The position numbers were made by a program, and so were the translations under genes. From NCBI GenBank assembly GCA_963827655.1, contig CAWHCF010000044.1, positions 96,001-160,000 on the forward strand: a DNA stretch of 64,000 bases. Reading direction: 5' to 3'. Under the pieces are notes generated by a model, which ran no database searches, was not told the DNA's origin, and was given only the letters and a program-made list of their open reading frames with translations. The stretch is from an uncultured Acidobacteriota bacterium (GTDB lineage Bacteria > Acidobacteriota > UBA6911). Shown one piece after another: positions 1 to 9,171 of the stretch (position 1 is its first letter; each line of letters opens with the position of its first letter).

Positions 1-1
1 C

Positions 2-1657
2 TTTTACGAACAACCGTGGATCAAGTTCGGGCGTCTGATGGAGACCTACCTCGCTTTCGCTCCCCGGGGCTTTCAGTCCTTCCGCCAGGCCGCGCCGGTC
101 TGGGCCCGCCACAAGCTGCGTCTGTCGCAGGAAATAAAATCGCGACTGGGACCGAAGTTCCGAGGCCGCTTCTGTTTTGCCCGGCATCACGAATCCCATG
201 CGGCAAGCGCTTTCTTCCCCTCCCCCTTCGAAGAGGCGACTATCCTCACGCTGGACGCCGTTGGCGAATGGGCGACAAGCTCGATCGGCGTCGGTCGCGG
301 AAACCGACTTACCCTCACCCACGAGCTGCATTTCCCTCACTCGCTGGGAATGCTCTACTCGGCCTTCACTTACTACACGGGCTTCAAGGTCAATTCCGGC
401 GAATACAAGCTGATGGGCCTGGCGCCTTATGGCAAGCCGCAATACGTCGATGTGATTCTCGAGAAAATCGTCCGGATCGCCGATGATGGCTCCCTCTGGC
501 TCGACATGGACTACTTCAACTACTGCCAGGGTCTGACGATGACCTCGGACAAATTTCATAATCTCTTCGGGGGGCCGCCGCGCAAACCGGATAGCATGCT
601 TACTCAGAAGGACATGGACCTGGCCGCGTCCATACAGGTTGTCTGTGAAGAGGTAGTCCTCCGCAACGCCCGGCACGCGCATCAGCTGACGGGGATGCGG
701 AACCTGGTCATGGCGGGCGGCGTAGCGCTGAATTGTGTCGCTAATGGCCGGATTCTACGCGAGGGTCCCTTCGAGAAAATCTGGGTCCAGCCGGCTGCGG
801 GAGATGCGGGAGGAGCCCTCGGCGCGGCCCTGCTGACATGGCACCAACTGCTCGGAAAATCGCGACAACCCAAGCCGCAAGACAGTCAGGGGGGGTCCCT
901 TCTAGGGCCGGCCTTCACCAATGATGAGATCGCCCTTTTTCTTGACTCGGTCGGTGCCCACTACGACTACCTTGGCGACGAAAGCAGCTTGATCGATCGC
1001 GTGGGCCAGCTGTTAGCTCAAGAAAAGATCATCGGCTTCTTCCAGGGACGTATGGAGTTCGGACCTCGCGCCCTGGGATCCCGCAGCATCATAGGCGATG
1101 CTCGCTCCCCCCGGATGCAGCAAGACATGAACTTGAAAATAAAGTTCCGGGAATCGTTCCGGCCGTTTGCTCCGTCGGTGCTGCGTGAATTCGCCGACAC
1201 GCTGTTTACACTCCGTCCGAACGAGGAGAGTCCTTATATGTTGTTCGTCGCACCGGTTCGTGAAGGCGTGAGAAAGCCCCTGAACCCTGAGGACCTCGAG
1301 CGAATGCAGGACCCCGATTTGAGAGTTCGAGTCTCGGTGCCGCGATCGAGCGTCCCGGCGGTAACCCACGTCGACTATTCTGCAAGAATCCAGACCCTCG
1401 ATCCGGAACGTCACGGTCGCTTCTACCGCCTGGTGCGACGGTTTTACGAACTGACCGGGTGTCCTGTAGTCGTCAATACAAGCTTCAACATACGGGGTGA
1501 GCCCATCGTTTGCACGCCCGACCAGGCGTTTCGCTGCTTCATGGCCACAGATATGGACTGCCTGGTTCTGGAGAACTTCGTTCTTATGAAAGACACTCAA
1601 CCCGCAGGCCTGCTGCAGGACGCCGAGGCCTATAAGGCACAGTATTCCCCGGACTAG
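2..1657 (+). CDS. Carbamoyltransferase, NodU/CmcH/SxtI family (5'-truncated by window edge), copy 1
   Basis: Frame is open from base 2 (FYEQPWIKFGRLMETYL...). Motifs HHESHAASAF, DAVGEW, SGEYKLMGLAPYG, AGGVALNC, GRMEFGPRALG, KFRESFRPFAP, NTSFNIRGEPIV. Confidence 0.95.
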   Translation, partial: FYEQPWIKFGRLMETYLAFAPRGFQSFRQAAPVWARHKLRLSQEIKSRLGPKFRGRFCFARHHESHAASAFFPSPFEEATILTLDAVGEWATSSIGVGRGNRLTLTHELHFPHSLGMLYSAFTYYTGFKVNSGEYKLMGLAPYGKPQYVDVILEKIVRIADDGSLWLDMDYFNYCQGLTMTSDKFHNLFGGPPRKPDSMLTQKDMDLAASIQVVCEEVVLRNARHAHQLTGMRNLVMAGGVALNCVANGRILREGPFEKIWVQPAAGDAGGALGAALLTWHQLLGKSRQPKPQDSQGGSLLGPAFTNDEIALFLDSVGAHYDYLGDESSLIDRVGQLLAQEKIIGFFQGRMEFGPRALGSRSIIGDARSPRMQQDMNLKIKFRESFRPFAPSVLREFADTLFTLRPNEESPYMLFVAPVREGVRKPLNPEDLERMQDPDLRVRVSVPRSSVPAVTHVDYSARIQTLDPERHGRFYRLVRRFYELTGCPVVVNTSFNIRGEPIVCTPDQAFRCFMATDMDCLVLENFVLMKDTQPAGLLQDAEAYKAQYSPD

Positions 1658-1661
1658 AGTT

Positions 1662-2228
1662 ATGTTTTCACTCATCCTTCCTCCCGCGCGACGTTATTCC
1701 ATTCTGATCGGTTTCTGGCTCGCTCTCAGTCTTTTCGCTGGAATAACCCTCGGTGCTATTCTGTCGCTGTGGGTATCCCCGACGCTGATGACTCTCGGTC
1801 TGATTGCGGTTCCGGTCCTGGCTCTACCCGGACTGCTGTGGCCGCAGGTGGCGATTCTACCTTACGTGGTCTGGAATAAACTGGCGAGGGAGTTCGGGCG
1901 CTATTCGCGCGCGTGGTTGATGGCCATCTGCTTCTATGTGATTGTGGTGGCTGTAGGGCGAAGCGGAGCGTCACTCCAGCTTGCCCGTCCTGATTCAGGC
2001 CAATCGCTGTGGGTTCGCCGGCAAGATCCCTCTGGAGCCCGCAACGGCTTCGAACGGGTCGTCGCCGCGGATGAATCTTCCAAGAGCTGGATTCGCAACT
2101 TCCTCAAGTGGAGTGCGCGATCGAGCAATCTTTGGGCCTGCGGCGTGCTGCCGTTCTTAGTCCTGATCTCGGCTCTCGACCCCGAACAGGACAACACCGT
2201 CCCCAAAGATATCTACACGCTATTCTAA
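1662..2228 (+). CDS. Membrane protein, apparent SxtJ-SxtK(DUF5989) fusion
   Basis: Hydrophobic N-half resembles the SxtJ-like protein at 49447 (LWPQVAILPYVVWNKLA..FG...FY). C-terminus ends DIYTLF, like the small protein at 49869 (FIYTLF). Directly follows the carbamoyltransferase. Confidence 0.7.
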   Translation: MFSLILPPARRYSILIGFWLALSLFAGITLGAILSLWVSPTLMTLGLIAVPVLALPGLLWPQVAILPYVVWNKLAREFGRYSRAWLMAICFYVIVVAVGRSGASLQLARPDSGQSLWVRRQDPSGARNGFERVVAADESSKSWIRNFLKWSARSSNLWACGVLPFLVLISALDPEQDNTVPKDIYTLF

Positions 2229-2236
2229 GGTTTTCA

Positions 2237-3358
2237 GTGACTTCCATTCGCTCAGTTCTGGCCCTGATCGCCTCCCTGGCCGGTTTGCTTCTGGCGGCTC
2301 CAATTGTCGTGCTTGGTCTCCCCTTCTGGGCGGTAGCCTGGCTGACCAAGCGAATCACCGGATTGCTGGAACCGGAGATCGTGCTCTGGGACCAGCTCAT
2401 AAGATTCGACCCGACCTTCGGCTGGAAGCCGAAGGCGAACCTGAATACTCACTGCGTTTCAGAGTTGGGAGGCGAGGTCTTTCACGTAACGACCGATTCT
2501 GAGGGATGGCCGGGAGCGTCCACGATCGACGAGAGCTCAATCACGGTCTTCGGCGACTCCTTCGCTTTCGGTTACGGAGTGAACGCTGAGGCCTTGTTTT
2601 CCGAGGTCAATCCTAAACTCCGCGTCAAAGCCATCGGAGCTCCCGGCTACAACATGGTTCAGGAAGTGATGTGGATGGATCGATTGTCGTCCCATCTCAG
2701 AGGGAAGCTCGTCGTTTGGTTTATTTATGTTGGCAACGATCTGTACGAGAACCTGCAGCCAAACATGCAGGATTACCGAACGCCTTTTGTGCGCCGTGCC
2801 GGTTCGACCGGTGAGTGGCAGATCGTCACCAGCCATCTCAGCTCGTCGAGGTGGTGGCCGTATCACGTGAATGACAAGTTGAGGTCCGCTCAGAGATTCG
2901 CCGCAATCTTCGGGACATCCTTCTTGTCAGAGCGGGTCTATTCGGCCTGCGAGTTTCTGATCAGAAAAGGAAACAATATCTGTGCGCACGCCGGCGCCTC
3001 GCTGGCAGTCACTACAATACCCATCATAGATCAACTGAGCTTGAATGGCTGGAAACAGCGAATATCTGAGCTGGGATATCCGGAATCTCTCGACCTCAAC
3101 CAGCCGGACCGTAAAATCGCCGAAATCTGCTCGACGTTGGGAGTCCGCTTCGTCGCAGGAAAGGACCACCTCAATGCCCGGCATTTCATTCCGGCAGACG
3201 GTCATTGGAATGAAAAGGGGCATCAAAGAATAGCGGATCTGCTGGCCGAGCTTCATCAACAGCGGCACCCGGCGGCCCGGAACGATACTGATCCGGAACT
3301 GCGTCTCTCACACGCGCAAAAACGCCCGACGGGCACGTTTCAGTGGCGCACCGATTGA
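2237..3358 (+). CDS. SGNH/GDSL-family (AlgJ/AlgX-like) membrane-anchored acyltransferase/esterase
   Basis: N-terminal TM segment, VFGDSFAFGYGV (block I), GAPGY, GND, DGHWNEKGH (DxH). GTG start at 2237 inferred just after the upstream stop. Confidence 0.85.
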   Translation: MTSIRSVLALIASLAGLLLAAPIVVLGLPFWAVAWLTKRITGLLEPEIVLWDQLIRFDPTFGWKPKANLNTHCVSELGGEVFHVTTDSEGWPGASTIDESSITVFGDSFAFGYGVNAEALFSEVNPKLRVKAIGAPGYNMVQEVMWMDRLSSHLRGKLVVWFIYVGNDLYENLQPNMQDYRTPFVRRAGSTGEWQIVTSHLSSSRWWPYHVNDKLRSAQRFAAIFGTSFLSERVYSACEFLIRKGNNICAHAGASLAVTTIPIIDQLSLNGWKQRISELGYPESLDLNQPDRKIAEICSTLGVRFVAGKDHLNARHFIPADGHWNEKGHQRIADLLAELHQQRHPAARNDTDPELRLSHAQKRPTGTFQWRTD

Positions 3359-3697
3359 CTGAGACCAGGGGTTTCCACGTGGCTTCGAGTCTAAGTCACT
3401 GGCTGCATTTAGGCAAGTCGCGGGCATCGGTGTGTCAGGCGTCCTCGAATTTGCTGGCGCTTCATGGATCTTACCCCTGAGAACAAAACTCGAGAAAAAC
3501 AAAGTATGGATCTACGGCCAGAACGATTCGACGCACTGGTCCCACCCTGGCACGGCTTTTGCGGCAGAGACGATGGCGGAAGAACTCGTAAAGGTGATGG
3601 CCCAATAGCACAGGCGCCCCGTTCAGGTTTCACGCAAACGTCCTCCGGGCGCAACGTCTCATTGATTTCGTAATAATAACCATCGCTGGAGCTGATC

Positions 3698-4990
3698 ATG
3701 AACCAGGATAACACAGGGGAATCCGCGTTCGGCCGCTCGATCGGGCGAGGAACCTTCAGGTCTGCAACGCCTGATTCCCTCCAGTCTCTAGTTCTGATTA
3801 ATGTAGGCACATTTTTATTGTGTACATTGCTCGCTTTCCTCGCTGCAGAGCTCATGTTCCGTTGGTTTTCCCCGATGGTCCAAGAAGCCGGAGCTGGGCA
3901 TCGGCCAAGCAGGAACCCCGTCTTATTGCACGAACCCATACCCGGGCATTCAAATACGAATAGCGACGGTTTACCCGATCACGAATACTCGGTTGCGAAG
4001 CCGGCGGGCACAAAGCGAATCCTGGTCCTGGGCGACGACGTGGTCTCTGGATTTGGTGTTTCCCTGCCGGACACTCTTCCGAAAGGCCTTGAAGCCGCTT
4101 ACAAAGCCAATGCCGAGTCTGTCGAGGTGCTTAACTTCGGTGTTTCCGGGTACGATACCCAGCAGGAGATTGAATTCTTCAAAGCCAAGGGAATCAAATA
4201 CCGCCCGGACATCGTCGTCGTGGTCTACGTCATGAACGACAATCGCTATGCCTCTCAGGAGTTGAGAGATTTAAGCGACGTCAAATTTTTGGCCGTTCCC
4301 AGGCCGCCGAGTGCAAATCCCCTCAAACGAGGGGCAGCATCCTTGTTCCATTCTTCACGCTTCCTGCAGTTTCTCGGTGCTCAGTGTCATATTGAGAGAA
4401 AACTCCCATTTCTCCAGGATTACCCTCGGTTGATCGACTACGTGGAGGAAAAGAATCTTCGAGAGCGGGACTCATCCGACAGCAAGTACGCTCAACTGGA
4501 AACCCAGGTTCAAGTCCGCGCCGAAGAGATTGGAACCACGCCGGACGCGCTCGAGTTCTCCATCCACGCGCTGGGGTTCCGGCATAGTGAGACCCTCTAC
4601 CAGTCCCATTGGAATGCCTCCTACCAGGCATTGACCAGACTGAAGGCTTTATCCGACGAGTACTCGTTCCAGGTTGTGGTCGTAGTCTTGCCTATCATGT
4701 ACCAAATGGACCGGTATCCGCTAAAGCCTGCGCATGACTTTTTTCGAAGCAATTTTGAATCACTCGGTTTCCAGACCGTCGACCTGCTCGAAATATGCAA
4801 ACATCTCTACAGCGTCTACGGATACTCGGCGGTCTCGCCGGACGGCATTCATTTAACGCCTTTCGCCGTGAAGAAAGTAGCCGGATACCTGTACAATCGG
4901 ATCCCCCTCGAGCGCCCGTTTCGCCCCGGGCGGGACGAGTCTCTCCTCGTGCACTCCCCCGGGCTCGGCCGCCAGAGCGCATTTCACTGA
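3698..4990 (+). CDS. SGNH/GDSL-fold protein with non-canonical block I (GDD instead of GDS)
   Basis: TM anchor (LAAELMFRWF), RILVLGDDVVSGFGV, VLNFGVSGY, MND, DGIHLT. Confidence 0.8.
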   Translation: MNQDNTGESAFGRSIGRGTFRSATPDSLQSLVLINVGTFLLCTLLAFLAAELMFRWFSPMVQEAGAGHRPSRNPVLLHEPIPGHSNTNSDGLPDHEYSVAKPAGTKRILVLGDDVVSGFGVSLPDTLPKGLEAAYKANAESVEVLNFGVSGYDTQQEIEFFKAKGIKYRPDIVVVVYVMNDNRYASQELRDLSDVKFLAVPRPPSANPLKRGAASLFHSSRFLQFLGAQCHIERKLPFLQDYPRLIDYVEEKNLRERDSSDSKYAQLETQVQVRAEEIGTTPDALEFSIHALGFRHSETLYQSHWNASYQALTRLKALSDEYSFQVVVVVLPIMYQMDRYPLKPAHDFFRSNFESLGFQTVDLLEICKHLYSVYGYSAVSPDGIHLTPFAVKKVAGYLYNRIPLERPFRPGRDESLLVHSPGLGRQSAFH

Positions 4991-5200
4991 GCGATCTCTA
5001 GCGCCGGCCTTCGCTGACCCCCCTTCCCTCGAACAGCAACCTCTGTGAGCTAAATGCCGCTATCAAGAAATCATCCTCGAGCGTCAGGGTAGAGTTCTTG
5101 TTCGGGCCGGGTCTTGCTGGAGATCGCGCCCTGCGACTGCTCGAGCTGTCGGGCGAAATCCATTTCATGCATCCAATGATATGAGCTTTAATTGTCATCT

Positions 5201-6307
5201 ATGCAGAATCATCCTCCGATTAAATTGATCGCCGTTGGTGATATTTGTCCTGGTGATCACAACTGCATGGGTTTTGGCACGGGAACGCTGATGAGGTCCC
5301 GTGGGCCATCATTCCCATTGCAACACGTGACGCACATGTTGCGCGAGGGCGACATCGTTTTCGGCAACTGCGAAGGGGTGCTCTCGAATGTTGGTGCAGA
5401 CCACAGAAACATCGACACCATGGAATTTCGGGGCATGCCAGAATTCGCAACCGCTCTTCGCAATTCTGGTTTTACCGTTCTGACGGTGGCAAATAACCAC
5501 GCTGGCGAACACGGGAGGGAAGCGCTATTTGACACCATCAACAATTTGCAATCGGCTGGTATCAAGGTCATCGGTCTGCGCGACGAGAACCGCACCGCTG
5601 TACCGCTGATACAAGAGATCAACGGCATTCGGATTGGCTGGCTGGCGTATACGTGGATTGTCTCTAAAAATACTAGCCAGGACCGCGCGCTACTATCGTG
5701 GACAAGGGGCAACGAGGTATCTACCGAAATCGCAACACTTCGTCCCAAGGTCGATTTTCTGATCGTTACTGCCCATTGGGGACGTGAGATCATTAGGGTC
5801 CCACCACAGAATGTGATCGATGCCGCTCACGCCATGGCGGAAGCGGGTGCCGACCTGGTGCTCGGACATCATCCGCATATGCTTCAAGGAATCGAACGTC
5901 ATGGCAGGTGTGTCATCGTCTACAGCCTCGGCGACTTTGTATTCGATGACTGGCTATATTGGTTTCGCGAGAGGGCTCTTTTTCGTTGCACGATCGAGGC
6001 GGGCAAGGCCCATAACCCCGAGTTCATCCCGCTGATGAGTAACCGACAGTTTCAGGTCGCTCCCGCTACAAAGGCCCAGAGAACTCGCATCTTAAGAAAA
6101 ATCGACGCGAGTACTCGCGCCATAACCGACCAGAGACTGGCTCACTTGCGAGATGAAGCTAAAGCCAAGCAGCTTGAGGCAAGGCGAAAGCGCCTCTTTT
6201 GGGGAGCCCGAGTCCTGTTCCTTACTGCCAATATTGGACGAATGGGGCCACGCATCGCCTACCAGAAGCTCTGCCGTCATTTCCCGCTGCCTTACGTAGG
6301 TAACTGA
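5201..6307 (+). CDS. CapA/PgsA-family metallophosphoesterase-fold protein, copy 1
   Basis: AVGD, GNCEG, ANNH, HWG, GHHPH and YSLGDF motifs typical of the PGA_cap family. Confidence 0.9.
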   Translation: MQNHPPIKLIAVGDICPGDHNCMGFGTGTLMRSRGPSFPLQHVTHMLREGDIVFGNCEGVLSNVGADHRNIDTMEFRGMPEFATALRNSGFTVLTVANNHAGEHGREALFDTINNLQSAGIKVIGLRDENRTAVPLIQEINGIRIGWLAYTWIVSKNTSQDRALLSWTRGNEVSTEIATLRPKVDFLIVTAHWGREIIRVPPQNVIDAAHAMAEAGADLVLGHHPHMLQGIERHGRCVIVYSLGDFVFDDWLYWFRERALFRCTIEAGKAHNPEFIPLMSNRQFQVAPATKAQRTRILRKIDASTRAITDQRLAHLRDEAKAKQLEARRKRLFWGARVLFLTANIGRMGPRIAYQKLCRHFPLPYVGN

Positions 6308-6461
6308 CTCGGTTAAACATCAAAGGTCTACAGCCGCCATCATTTTTAACCGCTCGGTCTATGACGGCTCAGATGGAGCAGCACAAGATGACTAAGCTGA
6401 AGCCGTGCTGGCGGCGAGACCGGGCCATCCAAGAAGTAATTTAGATGAAAGGAATCATTTG

Positions 6462-7367
6462 ATGAAAAAGGAACTTATTCCAGAGCCGCCCCGCCTGGTC
6501 GCGACGGGTATCAACGGACGACCAAACCGGACGGGGCAGTTGCGTAATCTGTTCTCCACAAAATTACTCACAGACCTGGTTTACGTCCCCCGAAGGTTCT
6601 TGGAGACCGTGCTAATCCAGGTACTGACTACCGACGAAAAGGCTCGTCTAAGCCGCTTCCTGTTCAATGTGTTTCCCAAGGCTCCAGGCGAAGCAGTTCC
6701 CGTTTGGGGAGAGACGCTCGCTCCGTGGGAGGAAACCTGGTTTCGTCGCCGATTGCCCGCTCCACCAGCTCGCGTTCTCCTTGGCGGATGTGGAGCCGGT
6801 AGAGAAGTGGTGGCGCTGATGAAGGAAGGCTTCCACGTTGATGCCTTCGACCCCGCGCCAAATCTCGTCTCCTCAACTAAATCAGCCGTCGGCGACAAGG
6901 CCCGCATCTTAACCTTTGGATATGAGGAACTTTCCGCAGCTGTGCTTGACAACACCTCCGGACCCGCTTCCTCTCTTGAAAAGTACTATGATGCGGTACT
7001 CCTGGGCTGGGGCAGCCTGACGTGCCTGATGGATCCCACGGAGCGGATGCGCCTCCTTCGTGCGCTCGACCTCATATGCCCAAAAGGCCCAATACTGGCT
7101 AGCTTCTGGTGTACGAATGGATATTCCCCAAGGAAACCCAGACGACACCATACTGAACGCCTTGGCCGCGCCCTAGGCGTTGCGCTGGCCAAGCTCCGAG
7201 GCGTGCGGGCGGAGACCGCCTCCCAAGAGCACTTCATGTCTCACAGTGGCTTTGGCCATGTATTTGCTCCAGAAGAAATCGAACAGCTTGGAACCACGAT
7301 ACGGAGAAGCGTCATTTGGGATTGCGATGATACCGATTACTCACACGTGACGTTCGTTGCGCAATGA
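6462..7367 (+). CDS. Class I SAM-dependent methyltransferase
   Basis: RVLLGGCGAGRE motif I, VDAFD, YDAVLLGW. ATG preceded by AAAGGA. Confidence 0.8.
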   Translation: MKKELIPEPPRLVATGINGRPNRTGQLRNLFSTKLLTDLVYVPRRFLETVLIQVLTTDEKARLSRFLFNVFPKAPGEAVPVWGETLAPWEETWFRRRLPAPPARVLLGGCGAGREVVALMKEGFHVDAFDPAPNLVSSTKSAVGDKARILTFGYEELSAAVLDNTSGPASSLEKYYDAVLLGWGSLTCLMDPTERMRLLRALDLICPKGPILASFWCTNGYSPRKPRRHHTERLGRALGVALAKLRGVRAETASQEHFMSHSGFGHVFAPEEIEQLGTTIRRSVIWDCDDTDYSHVTFVAQ

Positions 7368-7520
7368 CGGAACACATGTCTGACTGCAATGGACCTCATT
7401 ACCGCGCTCATTCTCCCAGTCTGCGGCTCCGGTCTAACAGAAACCGGTCCGACGATTTGCCCGACGTTGCATGCTGAACCCCTATCGGTTGATCATCTGC
7501 GACTGAAAGGGAGTCTACCC

Positions 7521-8618
7521 ATGCAGATCACGAATATAACTGCTGACCGACGCGAAGACTGGAATGCATTTGTAGCGCGAGAACCATCTTTTGCTCTCTT
7601 ACAATCTTGGAAATGGGGCGAACTCAAAGAAAAGTTGGGCTGGAAGGTTTTTCGAATTGCAGCAGAGGAGGATGGGCAAATTCTGGCTGGCGCTCAGATG
7701 CTTGTTAGGTCTATGCCGCTAATACCGTTGGCCAGTATAGCCTATATCCCTCGAGGTCCTTTAGGCTGCTGGTTGGATGACACAATCAAACCTCAACTGT
7801 TATCCGAGTTCCATCGCATCGCTAAAAATCATCGAGCCGTCTTTCTAAAAATTGAGCCGTCAATGCCAAATGGTCCGGATGTCAATCAGGCGTTGGAACA
7901 GCACCATTTCCAGCCCAGTTTCTATGGCAATCACTCCCGGGCTACTATCATATTGGATTTGAGGCAAGATCTGGATGATGTGTTGAAGCAAATGCGTAGG
8001 AAGACCCGTCAGTACATCAGGCTAGCAACTCAAAGAGGTGTTGTTGCTCGTGAAGGCACCGCAGAAGACTTGCCGGCTTTTTATGATCTGATGAAAATAA
8101 CTGGTAAACGAGCCTCATTCTCTCCTCGCACCTACGATTCCTATAAACTCGAATGGCAGACATTTAAAGAAAACAACCAAGCCATATTACTCATGGCATA
8201 CAAGGACGATCGGTTGTTGGCTGGGCGCATGATCTTTCGCTTTGGCACTCATGCCGCGGAATTTTACGCCGGTTCGTTAGATGAGTATACCGATTTGCAC
8301 CCAAACTATTTACTCGCTTGGGAAGCCATAAAATGGGCCAAGGCCCAAGGTTGTCATAGTTACGACTTGTGGGGTATTCCTCAGGAAGTTGGTCAGGCAG
8401 TATATGATGGGGGAGACCTCCCTACGTCAAATCGCCGAGATGGTCTATGGGGTGTGTACCAATTCAAACGAGGTCTCGGTAAGCGAGTAGTGTTTTATGC
8501 CAAAACGTGTGATAGCGTATATTCACCACTACTATACTGGATGTTGCATAAAGCATGGCCATTGTTTAAAAGAAATGTCCTCCGAATCCTACTGCGCAAC
8601 CGCTCCAATACGGGGTAG
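7521..8618 (+). CDS. FemABX-family (aminoacyl-tRNA-dependent) peptidyltransferase, tandem GNAT fold
   Basis: LLQSWKWGELK, AYIPRGP, FLKIEP, KTRQYIRLA, PNYLLAWEAIKWAK, YDLWG, GVYQFKRGLG. AAAGGGAG RBS upstream. Confidence 0.9.
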   Translation: MQITNITADRREDWNAFVAREPSFALLQSWKWGELKEKLGWKVFRIAAEEDGQILAGAQMLVRSMPLIPLASIAYIPRGPLGCWLDDTIKPQLLSEFHRIAKNHRAVFLKIEPSMPNGPDVNQALEQHHFQPSFYGNHSRATIILDLRQDLDDVLKQMRRKTRQYIRLATQRGVVAREGTAEDLPAFYDLMKITGKRASFSPRTYDSYKLEWQTFKENNQAILLMAYKDDRLLAGRMIFRFGTHAAEFYAGSLDEYTDLHPNYLLAWEAIKWAKAQGCHSYDLWGIPQEVGQAVYDGGDLPTSNRRDGLWGVYQFKRGLGKRVVFYAKTCDSVYSPLLYWMLHKAWPLFKRNVLRILLRNRSNTG

Positions 8619-8799
8619 ATGATAAAGAAGGTTGATTATTGTTAGCGAGGACAAGATTGGAAACCGTTTGCTGCGAATGTCAGACAGGTTAGGCTATGAC
8701 ACTCGGTCAACCTCTTGCGGCCAGCAGGTCACCCAATATCTAACTTCCCGGCGGCGGTTTCGAGCCGGATTTTCAACAGCCGTCACCGCAACATCCGGA

Positions 8800-9006
8800 C
8801 ATGCCAGACGGCATGCCTGGACTTTCCTCGATTTGACGGAACCCCTCCGAAGCAAACTCAAGACGACCAAAGCGTGGATTTACGGCCGCCACGACGGAGC
8901 TCATTGGTCCGGGGCTGGCAGTCTAATTTTCGCAGACGTGCTGGCCACAGAACTCCTTCGGGTTATCGGTCCGACGACACCGCCAAAGCGCCTGAAAAAA
9001 ACCTGA
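8800..9006 (+). pseudogene. 3' relic of an SGNH/AlgJ-like gene
   Basis: Translates as FLDLTEPLR...IYGRHDGAHWSGAGSLIFADVLA, the typical SGNH C-terminal block. No upstream GDS block or TM anchor. Confidence 0.5.
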
Positions 9007-9171
9007 TAAACCGGCAGCCGACTCTAAACTCTTCTTGTCTACCGAGAAGCCGTCAGACCGCGCGGCACGTTCAAGTAGTTGCAACTAAGGGCGGGTTATC
9101 GTCTCTTATGGAAGTGCTGAACGTCGTTGATCTGAGCTGCACCGTGACGCGTACGACCCGATGTTGATACT

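Noticed and set aside
2329-2340. ops-like sequence GGCGGTAGCCTG (RfaH recruitment site)
   Set aside because: It lies inside a coding region (W-A-V-A-W codons) rather than a leader, has no JUMPstart context, and a single match is plausible by chance in GC-rich DNA.
3360-3697. Possible small ORFs or ncRNA in the larger intergenic gaps (3360-3697, 4991-5200, 9007-9171)
   Set aside because: No recognisable protein motif, RNA family signature or convincing structure found by eye.
5201-6307. Poly-gamma-glutamate capsule operon
   Set aside because: capB/capC are absent. A CapA domain alone is not diagnostic.
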